In this document: positions 38,053-46,652 of the stretch, piece by piece
How positions within the stretch are numbered: the stretch's first letter is position 1
How the letters are laid out: each line of letters begins with the position of its first letter
DNA from: Anaerolineae bacterium
Lineage (GTDB): Bacteria > Chloroflexota > Anaerolineae > Anaerolineales > RBG-16-64-43
Length of the DNA: 53,982 bases
Direction: 5' to 3'
Assembly: GCA_003141675.1 (NCBI GenBank)
Contig: PLND01000053.1
Location: 6,153-60,134, forward strand
Notes under the pieces: generated by a model
Seen by the model: only the letters and a program-made list of their open reading frames with translations
What the model was told of the DNA's origin: nothing
Databases searched by the model: none
Made by a program: the position numbers and the translations under genes

Positions 38053-40401
38053 ATGACGCCATCCGTCGTTTGGGTGCGCATGAAGAACTTTTTTTCGCGC
38101 GTGGATCCTGCTTATGGGGTTCTGATCGGCGCGTTGCTCGTTCTTTTGTGGCCGGTCCTGGCTGGCGTCCGGGATATCTTTTGGGGGCTGCCGTTGTTGC
38201 AGTTTTACCCCTGGCACGAGATAGCCAAGCAAATCCTCTTCAGCGGCCACTTGCCACTCTGGAATCCTTTGTTTGGAATGGGAGCGCCGCTGCTGGCCAA
38301 CGCCCAATCGGCGCTGCTGTATCCGCCAAACTGGCTGCTCCTCATTCTTCCGGTCGATTACGGACAGGGCTTGCTGCTGGCGGGGCATCTCCTCTGGGCC
38401 GGGATCGGCATGGTAAAGCTCAGCCGCAAGCTTGGGATAGGCTTCCTGGGGCGGACGGTGGCCGGGCTGGCGTTCATGCTCTCCGGGTACCTCGCGGCGC
38501 GAGCGTGGTTCCTGACCATCAATGCCTCCATCGCGTGGCTGCCTTGGATTATCCTGGCCGGGGAGGAAGCCGTCCGTCAGCGGAAGGGAATCCTCGCGTG
38601 GCCGCTCACCGCGGCGCTTTGCCTGCAGTGGCTGGCCGGCCACTGGCAGACGGCCTGGTATACCTGGCTGATCCTCCTGGGTTGGATGGCTGTGCGCGCT
38701 GTTTCCATGCGCCTCCCCGGAAGACAGATACTGCTGACCGGAGTGCGGCTTTTTGCCGCCAGCGGGTTGGCCTTCGCGCTCGGTGCGGCGCAATTCCTCC
38801 CGACGGTTGAATACTGGTGGGCATCGCAGCGCGCGGCGGGGGCGGAGATCGCCTCGGCCCTGACGTATTCTTTCTGGCCCTGGCATTGGCTCACGCTGAT
38901 CGCCCCGAATTTTTTCGGCAACCCGGCGCACGGCGATTACTGGGGATATGCCAATTACTGGGAAGACGCGATCTATATCGGGCTATTGCCGCTGAGCCTG
39001 TCAGTGACGGCCGTGATCGGCAGAATCCGCCGCAGGGGGATTTCGGATTTCCCGTATGGGTACCTGCTGGCGTTGCTGGGATTGACCGCAGTCCTTGGAA
39101 TGGGCAATTGGACTCCGGTCTTTCTGTTTCTATTTCAACACGTTCCCACGTTTAATTTATTCCAGGCCCCGGCGCGGATCATGGTCGGGTTGGTGTTTGC
39201 ACTTTGCCTGCTGGCTGCGGCCGGCGCCGAGGGTTGGGCCCGGGCGCAGGAGACGTCCCGCCGCGGGCCGGCGAACCTCGGGGTGATCGCGGCGGCGGTG
39301 ACGATCGGCGGAATCGGCGCGGCTTCCCTGAAGGTAATCCACTCGACGTTTCCGCTTTCCATCATCGTCGCCGGAACGCTGGGAATCCTTATCGCCCTTG
39401 TATGGTGGCTCAAAATCGAATCCCAAAACCGTCCGGGGCTGGTGCGAATCTGGCCGGCGGCAGCTGTCGCGCTCGTCGCGCTCGATTTGCTCTTTACCGA
39501 CGCCGGATTGCTTCCCGTCACCTCACCGGATCTGTATCGGATGGCCAATCCGGCGGGCGCGGAGATCGCTGCGAAGCTAAATGGAAGCCGCCTCTTTATG
39601 CCGGAGGATATTCGCTACCGGCTGATGTACAGCCGGGCGTTTTTGTTCCGCACGTTTTCGGGGATCGCGGATTGGATGGATGTCCGGCGCTGGGAACTGC
39701 CCAACACGGCATGGATGGACGGTATTTCGTCGGCGAACAATTTTGATTCATTTGTTCCCGGCCGATACGCCGCGTTGATCGAGAGCGCGGAAACGCTTCC
39801 GGATTCGCAACGCGTGCGGATTCTGGGAATGATGGACGTCGGCGCAGTCTGGGAGTGGCCCGCAAGCGCGGATTCCCCTTCGCTGCGATATCTTGGAGAC
39901 GGTGCGGCGCGCGCATGGGGCGTGTGCCGAGCGCGCTGGATGATCAACCCGGAAGACGCCCGGGCTGCGGTGATCGATCCGGCATTTGATCCGCGGCAGG
40001 CCGTGATCGTCGAAACCGGGCGGGGGGAGGAAGGCGCGGCCTGCCTCTCGGAACCCAAGGTTGCGCTGGAACCGTCGAACGATCCCAACCTCGTGCGCGT
40101 CGACGCGAATTTTACGCAGGATGGGTTTCTGGTTCTGGCGGATGTGAATTATCCCGGCTGGAGTGCGTTCCTCGACGGCACGCGCGTCCCGCTACTGCAG
40201 GCGGATTACGCTTTCCGAGCGGTCCGCGTGCCCGCCGGGGAACATATCGTGGAATTCCGATTTGCGCCGCTGTCTTTCTCGGGCGGATTGATTCTCTCGG
40301 TCGGAATGTTCTTGGCGCTGATTGCCGTCGGATGGTATGGCCGGTTGCGAAAATCCGGTAACCGCAGCCCGGACGACGAACCGGCCATTCCGGAGAAATG
40401 A
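38053..40401 (+). CDS. YfhO-family (GT-C-like) polytopic membrane protein
   Basis: QFYPW...GHLPLWNP..GMGAPLLANAQSALLYPP; C-terminal LADVNYPGWSAFLDG...FRAVRVPAGEHIVEFRF; start 38053 or 38080. Confidence 0.82.
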   Translation: MTPSVVWVRMKNFFSRVDPAYGVLIGALLVLLWPVLAGVRDIFWGLPLLQFYPWHEIAKQILFSGHLPLWNPLFGMGAPLLANAQSALLYPPNWLLLILPVDYGQGLLLAGHLLWAGIGMVKLSRKLGIGFLGRTVAGLAFMLSGYLAARAWFLTINASIAWLPWIILAGEEAVRQRKGILAWPLTAALCLQWLAGHWQTAWYTWLILLGWMAVRAVSMRLPGRQILLTGVRLFAASGLAFALGAAQFLPTVEYWWASQRAAGAEIASALTYSFWPWHWLTLIAPNFFGNPAHGDYWGYANYWEDAIYIGLLPLSLSVTAVIGRIRRRGISDFPYGYLLALLGLTAVLGMGNWTPVFLFLFQHVPTFNLFQAPARIMVGLVFALCLLAAAGAEGWARAQETSRRGPANLGVIAAAVTIGGIGAASLKVIHSTFPLSIIVAGTLGILIALVWWLKIESQNRPGLVRIWPAAAVALVALDLLFTDAGLLPVTSPDLYRMANPAGAEIAAKLNGSRLFMPEDIRYRLMYSRAFLFRTFSGIADWMDVRRWELPNTAWMDGISSANNFDSFVPGRYAALIESAETLPDSQRVRILGMMDVGAVWEWPASADSPSLRYLGDGAARAWGVCRARWMINPEDARAAVIDPAFDPRQAVIVETGRGEEGAACLSEPKVALEPSNDPNLVRVDANFTQDGFLVLADVNYPGWSAFLDGTRVPLLQADYAFRAVRVPAGEHIVEFRFAPLSFSGGLILSVGMFLALIAVGWYGRLRKSGNRSPDDEPAIPEK

Positions 40402-40486
40402 GTCGGACGAAAATACGATCCACGCGGGCCGGAGTGGGGTTTCCAACAGGCATTCACTATTCACGATCGGCATCGCAGAGGCGGAC

Positions 40487-40999
40487 ATGAAAACAAAAAC
40501 ATTGGCCTACGACGTCTTGGAAACCAACCCGGGCCCGGTTTATGTGGCGTGCACCGAATATGGGCTGGCGATGGTGCAAATCGGAGGAAGCGCTGCGGCC
40601 TGGAAACGTCAACTGCGGAGGTTTTTTTCCACCGCCGCCGAAAAAAAACCGGCCGCAGTCCGCGAGGCGGCGTCACAAATCCGCGAATATCTCCGGGGCA
40701 AGCTACGGTCGTTCCACACCCGGATCGATTGGCGCGTAATGAGCCCTTTCCAGCGCCGCGTGTTGCGCGTCGCACTGCGTATTCCCTACGGCCGGGTGGC
40801 CACCTACGGGGAGATTGCGGCCGAGATCGGCAATCCGCGCGCGGCGCGCGCGGTGGGCCGGGCGCTGGCTGCCAATCCCATCCCGCTGGTTGTGCCCTGC
40901 CACCGCGTAATCGCGAGCAGCGGCGCGCTCGGCGGGTATAGCGCGGCGGGCGGGGTGCGGGTGAAGCGGAAACTTTTGGATCTCGAGCGCGGTAAATAA
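40487..40999 (+). CDS. ogt: Methylated-DNA-[protein]-cysteine S-methyltransferase
   Basis: IPYGRVATYG, ARAVG and NPIPLVVPCHRVI active-site motif. Confidence 0.93.
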   Translation: MKTKTLAYDVLETNPGPVYVACTEYGLAMVQIGGSAAAWKRQLRRFFSTAAEKKPAAVREAASQIREYLRGKLRSFHTRIDWRVMSPFQRRVLRVALRIPYGRVATYGEIAAEIGNPRAARAVGRALAANPIPLVVPCHRVIASSGALGGYSAAGGVRVKRKLLDLERGK

Positions 41000-41001
41000 T
41001 T

Positions 41002-41092
41002 TCACCACGGATTGCACAGATAAAAACGGATTGCACGGAGGATATAGAAAATCCGTGCAATCCGCGGTCCCCCTCCGTGAAATCTGTGGTTA
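41002..41092. repeat. CACGGATTGCAC-type inverted short-repeat element
   Basis: ACCACGGATTGCACAGAT...ATCCGTGCAATCCGCGG...TCCGTGAAATCTGTGGT. Confidence 0.65.
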
Positions 41093-41184
41093 TTAAAACC
41101 TCGTCACCGTTTCTTCCAATCAGTCAAATAGTAAATCCGAAATCCGGAGACCCCATTGCGAAAACGGGTCTTTGGATACCTCAA

Positions 41185-42375
41185 TTATCTCAGGGAATAA
41201 TATCCATGCGGATCGACGCGCACGCCGTTATAGATCATTTCGAAATGCAGGTGAGGTCCGGTGGAATTGCCGGTTGATCCGCCCAGCCCGATTTGGCCTC
41301 CGCGTTGAACGGTATAGCCGCATCCTACATCAATCCGACTAAGGTGGCCGTACACGGTCTGCCAGCCGTTGCCGTGATCGATCACAATGAGGTTGCCGTA
41401 GCCCCAGGTATTCCATCCCGCGTAGACTATCACTCCACGGTCTGCGGCGTGAACAGGTTCGCCAAGGGTGAGGTATAGGTCGATGCCGTGATGGTAAGCG
41501 GAGTAATTGTTCCCGACGATCCAATTGCTGGCGGTGGGCAGGAACCAGGAACCCGTGCCGGCAGATCCGCTGTAGACGCCGTTGCATGCGCCCGGCCCGC
41601 CGAAGGTCCAAGAGGTGCCGCTCGTCGAACGGACAATTTGAGGTTCCCATGCCTTGAATTCCCGGTGGCCGCCCGGAACAACCAGCCACATTCCGGGAGG
41701 TATGCCGGGATTTTGGATGTCGATGGTCGGAGAGAGATAGTTGCCGGGCCAAAGGATTATATCTTCCGGAGTTACGCCGTATGTGCTGGCCACCGTGTCC
41801 AGCCGATCTCCGGCCTGCCATTGATAATATAATCCGTCGACCGGCAGGATATTTAGCACCTGGCCGGGGACAATGATCTCCGGATTATCCTTCAGGACGT
41901 CGTAGTTGGACCATAGGATGGTTTCCGGTTTGATCTTGAACTTATCGGCGATAGCAAAGAGAAAGTCACCCGATTGCACGGTATACGTAATCACGTCCGC
42001 CCGGAAATCGGCGGGCTCGGTGGAACCCGAGGTGATCAACCGGGAGAGGTAAGGATTCAGATTCGCGCGGCTTACTTGCGGGAGGGATTGGCCCGCTTCT
42101 TCGGAAGCGGAGGGTGTTTGAGCCGCGGCTTTATTCCCGGTGGAAGCGGACAACCACGAGCTCACCGCGGGTTTGGCCAGCACGACTACCGCAACCAAAA
42201 TCGCGAGGAGCATGAAAAAGCCGAACCATCGCAGCCAGGATTGCCGCAGAATTGCCAACCAAGGATTATTATTTACCGCCGAGTCGCTATGTCCGCCCGG
42301 CTCAAGTTGGGAGGATGCTGGCGATTTCGCGGCTTCAGGCCCAATTTCGGGTTTTATTTTTGTGTTTGGATCCAT
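41185..42375 (-). CDS. Membrane-anchored LysM + M23 family peptidase
   Basis: N-terminal TM, two LysM-like repeats (YTVQSGD.LFAIA..F), HHGID, YGHL and TGPHLHFE motifs. Confidence 0.9.
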   Translation of the reverse strand: MDPNTKIKPEIGPEAAKSPASSQLEPGGHSDSAVNNNPWLAILRQSWLRWFGFFMLLAILVAVVVLAKPAVSSWLSASTGNKAAAQTPSASEEAGQSLPQVSRANLNPYLSRLITSGSTEPADFRADVITYTVQSGDFLFAIADKFKIKPETILWSNYDVLKDNPEIIVPGQVLNILPVDGLYYQWQAGDRLDTVASTYGVTPEDIILWPGNYLSPTIDIQNPGIPPGMWLVVPGGHREFKAWEPQIVRSTSGTSWTFGGPGACNGVYSGSAGTGSWFLPTASNWIVGNNYSAYHHGIDLYLTLGEPVHAADRGVIVYAGWNTWGYGNLIVIDHGNGWQTVYGHLSRIDVGCGYTVQRGGQIGLGGSTGNSTGPHLHFEMIYNGVRVDPHGYYSLR

Positions 42376-42741
42376 GGAAATATTCTAGCACATCCGCCGA
42401 AGCGCCTTTATTAATATCGGAAAAATAATAGGGATTATGCCCGAAAAATAGTAGATCCGCGATATTTTCTCATCAAATTGTTAGTAGAAAAAACTGGAAT
42501 TACGGATTCCACGGAGAAATATCCGGATTACGCGGAATAATTAAAATGATTATTGGTAAATATATTTTCCCCCTCATCCAATCCGTGTACCGCTTTAATC
42601 CGCCGGAAATGGGTGATCGTTTTCGGTTCCGTTTCGCCCGCGATTATCCCGCTTTCGCGGGATGAGAATTATTCCGCCGCTTGAGGCGCTAAATCTTGGG
42701 TGTTGCCTTCTGGAATACCGCGCTGCTTGCCTCGCGGTGGT

Positions 42742-43843
42742 TCATTTTTTATTTCCGATCCGGGAGCGGAGAAAGGATTCGATGAAACCATCGATCTCCC
42801 CGTTGAGCACCGCCGTGGTGTTTCCGGTTTCGTATTCGGTGCGGTGGTCCTTGACCATCTGGTAGGGATGCAAGACGTAGGAGCGGATCTGGCTGCCCCA
42901 TTCGGCTTTGATGTGCTCGCCCTTAAGCGCAGACAGCTCTTTTGCCTGCTCCTCGCTCTGGAGGGCAAGCAGCCGGGCGCGCAATACTTTCATAGCATTT
43001 TCACGGTTCTGGGTTTGTGAGCGTTCGTTCTGGCATGTGACGACAATGCCGGTGGGCAGGTGGGTGATGCGAATGGCGGTTTCGTTCTTCTGTACGTTCT
43101 GCCCGCCCGCGCCCGAGGAGCGGTAGGTTTCGATCTTAATATCCGCCGCCGGGATGTCGATCTCCCCGGCTTGCTCGAGCTGCGGGTAGACCTCCACCAA
43201 CGCGAACGAGGTATGCCGGCGGTTGGCCGAATCGAAGGGCGAGAGCCGCACCAGGCGGTGGACTCCCTTCTCGGCCTTGAGGTATCCGAACACGTGGGTC
43301 CCCTTGAAGGAAATCGTGACGCTCTTGATTCCGGCCTCTTCGCCGGGCATGCGGTCCAGAATTTCGGTCGCAAACCCGCGGCGTTCGGCCCAGCGCAGGA
43401 ACATGCGTTCGAGCATCTCCGCCCAATCCTGGCTGTCGGTTCCTCCGGCGCCGGCGTGGATCGAGAGGAATGCATCGGCGTCGTCGTAGGGTTCGGAGAG
43501 CAGCGCTTCCAGGTCGAGCCTTGAGAGGTCGGATTCGATGCCGGCGGTTTCTTGTTCCAATTCGGGCAGAAGGGATTCGTCCCCGAGTGAGGCCAGTTCG
43601 AGTGCATCGCGCACGCGATGCTCCATGCCGCGCCATTCGGCCACCCGGCCGCGCAAGCCGGTGAGTTCGCGCATGAGTTTTTTTGCGCTATCGGGGGAGT
43701 TCCAAAGCGCGGGATCCGCCGCTTGTGTTTCGAGTTGCTTTAGTTGAGTTTCCTGTGACGCGAGGTCAAAGACTCTCCAGCAGGTGGCGGAGTTTGTCGC
43801 TTGCGGTGGTCAGGCGTTGGGTAATATCGTCGAAGACGGACAT
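42742..43843 (-). CDS. prfB: Peptide chain release factor 2 (programmed +1 frameshift)
   Basis: ORF1 MSVFDD...LLESL ends CTT-TGA-C (43771-43765); the +1 frame continues DLASQE...ALWNS...; SPF and GGQ motifs. Confidence 0.95.
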
Positions 43844-44014
43844 GATGGTTTCCTCTCGGATGATTATAAGGGATTACCCGCGGATTCGTATCCGCGGGAT
43901 CTACGGAGGCATTGGAAAGGATGGACAGGATCAGAAAAAAATCTTGAAAATCCCTGTCAATTTGTTCTTATGTTCAATAAAAATTCACCGGTGAAGGAGG
44001 GGTGGTTTTATCGA

Positions 44015-44180
44015 CCCCTCCCGGCCTCCGGCCCCGGAAAATCACCGAGGCTCCGCCACCCGCCCCGTCATGGGGAGGGCAGGGGAGGGGTAAGTGATCC
44101 CTCGAGAAATAATTCGCAACATCCCACCTATCCCGGCCTCCGGCTACGCTCCCTATTATGGGGAGGGAAAGGGAGGGGTA
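44015..44180. repeat. CCCCTCCC...GGGGAGGG palindromic repeat elements
   Basis: Two tandem elements (44015-44095, 44122-44180); related copies at 651-692, 28940-28985 and 51733-51800. Confidence 0.6.
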
Positions 44181-45076
44181 AGCAGCCCGTCGAGAAATTT
44201 TTCGCGATCGAACGGCGCCAGATCCTGCGATTGCTCGCCAAGGCCCACGAAGACAATCGGCAGCCCGAGCTCCGACCGGATGCGGAAGACGATCCCGCCC
44301 TTGGCGGAGCCGTCGAGCTTGGCCAGGATCACGCCGTCGGCCGCGACCGCCTCGCGGAATCCCGCCGCCTGGGCCAGCGCATTCTGGCCGGTGGATGCGT
44401 CCAGGACCAGCCAGGTGTGGTGCGGCGCGCCGGGAACGACTTTGCCCAGCACGCGGCGGATTTTCTTCAGTTCCTCCATCAGATTGAAACGCGTGTGCAG
44501 CCTCCCAGCCGTATCCACGATGAGCAGATCGGCTTTGCGGGAGAGCGCGGCCTGGGCGGCGTCGAATGCCACCGCGCCCGGATCGGAACCGGGGGCGCCG
44601 GTGATCAATTCCACCTTGAGCCGCTGAGCCCAGACCTCGAGTTGTTCGGAAGCCGCGGCCCGGTAAGTATCCGCCGCGGCCAGCAGCACGCGTTTCCCCT
44701 CGCGCTGATAGCGGTCCGCCAGTTTGGCGATGCTGGTGGTCTTGCCGGAGCCGTTCACTCCCACGATCAACAGGACCGAGGGTCTGGTAGTGAATTCAGC
44801 TGCGGCGGGGGATTCTAAAAAAGAGCCGAGAAATTCGCGCAGGGCTTTTTCCAATTCAGCCCGCTGCAACATGCCCTGTTCCTTTACCTTGCGTTGGAGA
44901 AAAGCGATCGTTTCCTGAGTCAACCGCGGACCCAGATCCGCCTGCAGCAAAAGCGATTCCATTTCCTCCCAGGCGGCGGGGGTGATATCCGTCGCCCCGA
45001 GGAGCGAAGCCACGCGGCCGAAAGCCGCGCGGCGGGTGCGAGAGAGCGCCTGTTTCCAATCCCCGGATGCAGTCAT
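44156..45076 (-). CDS. ftsY: Signal recognition particle receptor FtsY
   Basis: GVNGSGKTT, DTYRAAA, DTAGR, LDASTGQN and KLDGSAKGG motifs. Confidence 0.96.
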   Translation of the reverse strand: MTASGDWKQALSRTRRAAFGRVASLLGATDITPAAWEEMESLLLQADLGPRLTQETIAFLQRKVKEQGMLQRAELEKALREFLGSFLESPAAAEFTTRPSVLLIVGVNGSGKTTSIAKLADRYQREGKRVLLAAADTYRAAASEQLEVWAQRLKVELITGAPGSDPGAVAFDAAQAALSRKADLLIVDTAGRLHTRFNLMEELKKIRRVLGKVVPGAPHHTWLVLDASTGQNALAQAAGFREAVAADGVILAKLDGSAKGGIVFRIRSELGLPIVFVGLGEQSQDLAPFDREKFLDGLLTPPFPSP

Positions 45077-45151
45077 TCCGGAGATTATACCCGAGCCTCG
45101 AGTCGGAATTCCGATCGAATGGGCGCTTTACCGCGTGATACAATCCCGCGC

Positions 45152-45826
45152 GTGAAGAACAATATCAATCTCCCTGCGAACACTTCACCGCGTTCCTGGC
45201 CGATCCGGCAGATCGTTCTGTGCTTGATCTTATTCGGATCCGGAATCGCGGTGGGTTACAGCGTAAGGGATTTCATCTTCCCCAACGGGAGCAACCCATC
45301 CAACACCGAATTGGACGCCAGCAGCCAAGACGATCCATCCTGGGGGCCGGCGGACGCCAAAGTTACCATGGTCGAGTTCGGCGATTTTCAATGCCCGTAT
45401 TGCCGGCAATGGTATTCGACGGTATATGAAAAACTTCAGGCGAATTACGGAAACAAGATCCGTTTCATCTTCCGCGATTTTCCACTCACATCGATCCACC
45501 CCGACGCGAAGCCGGCGGCGGTGGCCGCCAACTGCGCCGGTGAGCAGGGGCGCTACTGGGAATACTTCCGATTGCTGTATGGGAGTGCGAACTTGGGTAG
45601 CGCTATATATCAAACCTACGCGCAAGCGGTCGGGCTGGATCCCTCCAAATTCAACAGTTGCATAAAAAGTGACCGCTTCGACAAGGAGGTCATTCTCGAC
45701 TTGCACGACGGCGAGCGCCTTGGCGTATCGGGCGTGCCGGCCTTCTTCATCAACGGCAGGCTGATTTCCGGTCTGCAACCGTACGAGGCCTTCCAACAAG
45801 TAATCGACGATGAATTAAACAAGTGA
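45152..45826 (+). CDS. Membrane-anchored DsbA-family thiol-disulfide oxidoreductase
   Basis: EFGDFQCPYC, FRDFPL and GVSGVPAFFING motifs; GTG start inferred. Confidence 0.88.
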   Translation: MKNNINLPANTSPRSWPIRQIVLCLILFGSGIAVGYSVRDFIFPNGSNPSNTELDASSQDDPSWGPADAKVTMVEFGDFQCPYCRQWYSTVYEKLQANYGNKIRFIFRDFPLTSIHPDAKPAAVAANCAGEQGRYWEYFRLLYGSANLGSAIYQTYAQAVGLDPSKFNSCIKSDRFDKEVILDLHDGERLGVSGVPAFFINGRLISGLQPYEAFQQVIDDELNK

Positions 45827-46094
45827 GGGAATGCATTTCGTGTTGGATTGGGGGACACGGAAAACACCGAAGGAACCGAATCCACGGAAGGATAAAAAAT
45901 TATTCCCAATGTAAATAATTTCCATTTCTTGTTCGGTGACTTCGGCCCTTTATCGGTGAAATCCGTGTACTTCTTTGCGTTTCCACCTACAAATACTTCT
46001 TTATCTCCAGTTTGTCCCTTTTTGCCCGTTGCCCCGATATTATGCATAGAAGATAAAAGCTGATCCCGTACATCATCCGGAGGATTCGAACAGA

Positions 46095-46649
46095 ATGCCA
46101 AAATCCCAGCCGGCCGAACCGGTCGAACCCGCAGCGCAGGATGATACCGCCCTGATCCTCGCGGCGCGCCGGAATCCGGAGGCGTTCGCCGCGCTCTACG
46201 ACCGGTATGTGCCATCCGTATACCGCTACCTGTATGGCCGGGTCGGTTCGGCGCAGGAAGCCGAAGAACTGACGGCGCAGACTTTCCTGGCCGCGATCGA
46301 ATCGCTGCCGCGCTACGACCACCGCGGATATTTCTCCGCCTGGCTGTTTTCCATCGCGCGCCGCAAGGCGGCGGATTTCTTCCGCGCCCGGGAGCCGTTG
46401 CGGCTCGAGGAGGCTGGGGATTTTGCGTCCGAGGCGGATCTCCCCGGCGAGGTCGCCCGCGACGAGCAGATCCGGAAACTCGCGCGGTTGATCCGGTCGC
46501 TGGAGGACAGCGAGCGCGAGTTGATCCATCTGCATTTCACGGCCGGGCTGACCTTCGCCGAAATGGCTTCCGTTCTGGGAAAGAAGGAAGACGCGGTGAA
46601 GAAATCGATGTACCGGTTACTCGAGCGGCTGCACGGACGGATGGAGTAG
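46095..46649 (+). CDS. ECF-type RNA polymerase sigma-70 factor
   Basis: FAALYDRY, AEELTAQTFL, FSAWLFSIAR and AVKKSMYR motifs. Confidence 0.9.
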   Translation: MPKSQPAEPVEPAAQDDTALILAARRNPEAFAALYDRYVPSVYRYLYGRVGSAQEAEELTAQTFLAAIESLPRYDHRGYFSAWLFSIARRKAADFFRAREPLRLEEAGDFASEADLPGEVARDEQIRKLARLIRSLEDSERELIHLHFTAGLTFAEMASVLGKKEDAVKKSMYRLLERLHGRME

Positions 46650-46652
46650 GCC

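Noticed and set aside
43784-44818. 344-aa plus-strand ORF
   Set aside because: Runs through intergenic repeats and antisense to ftsY; no domain evidence.
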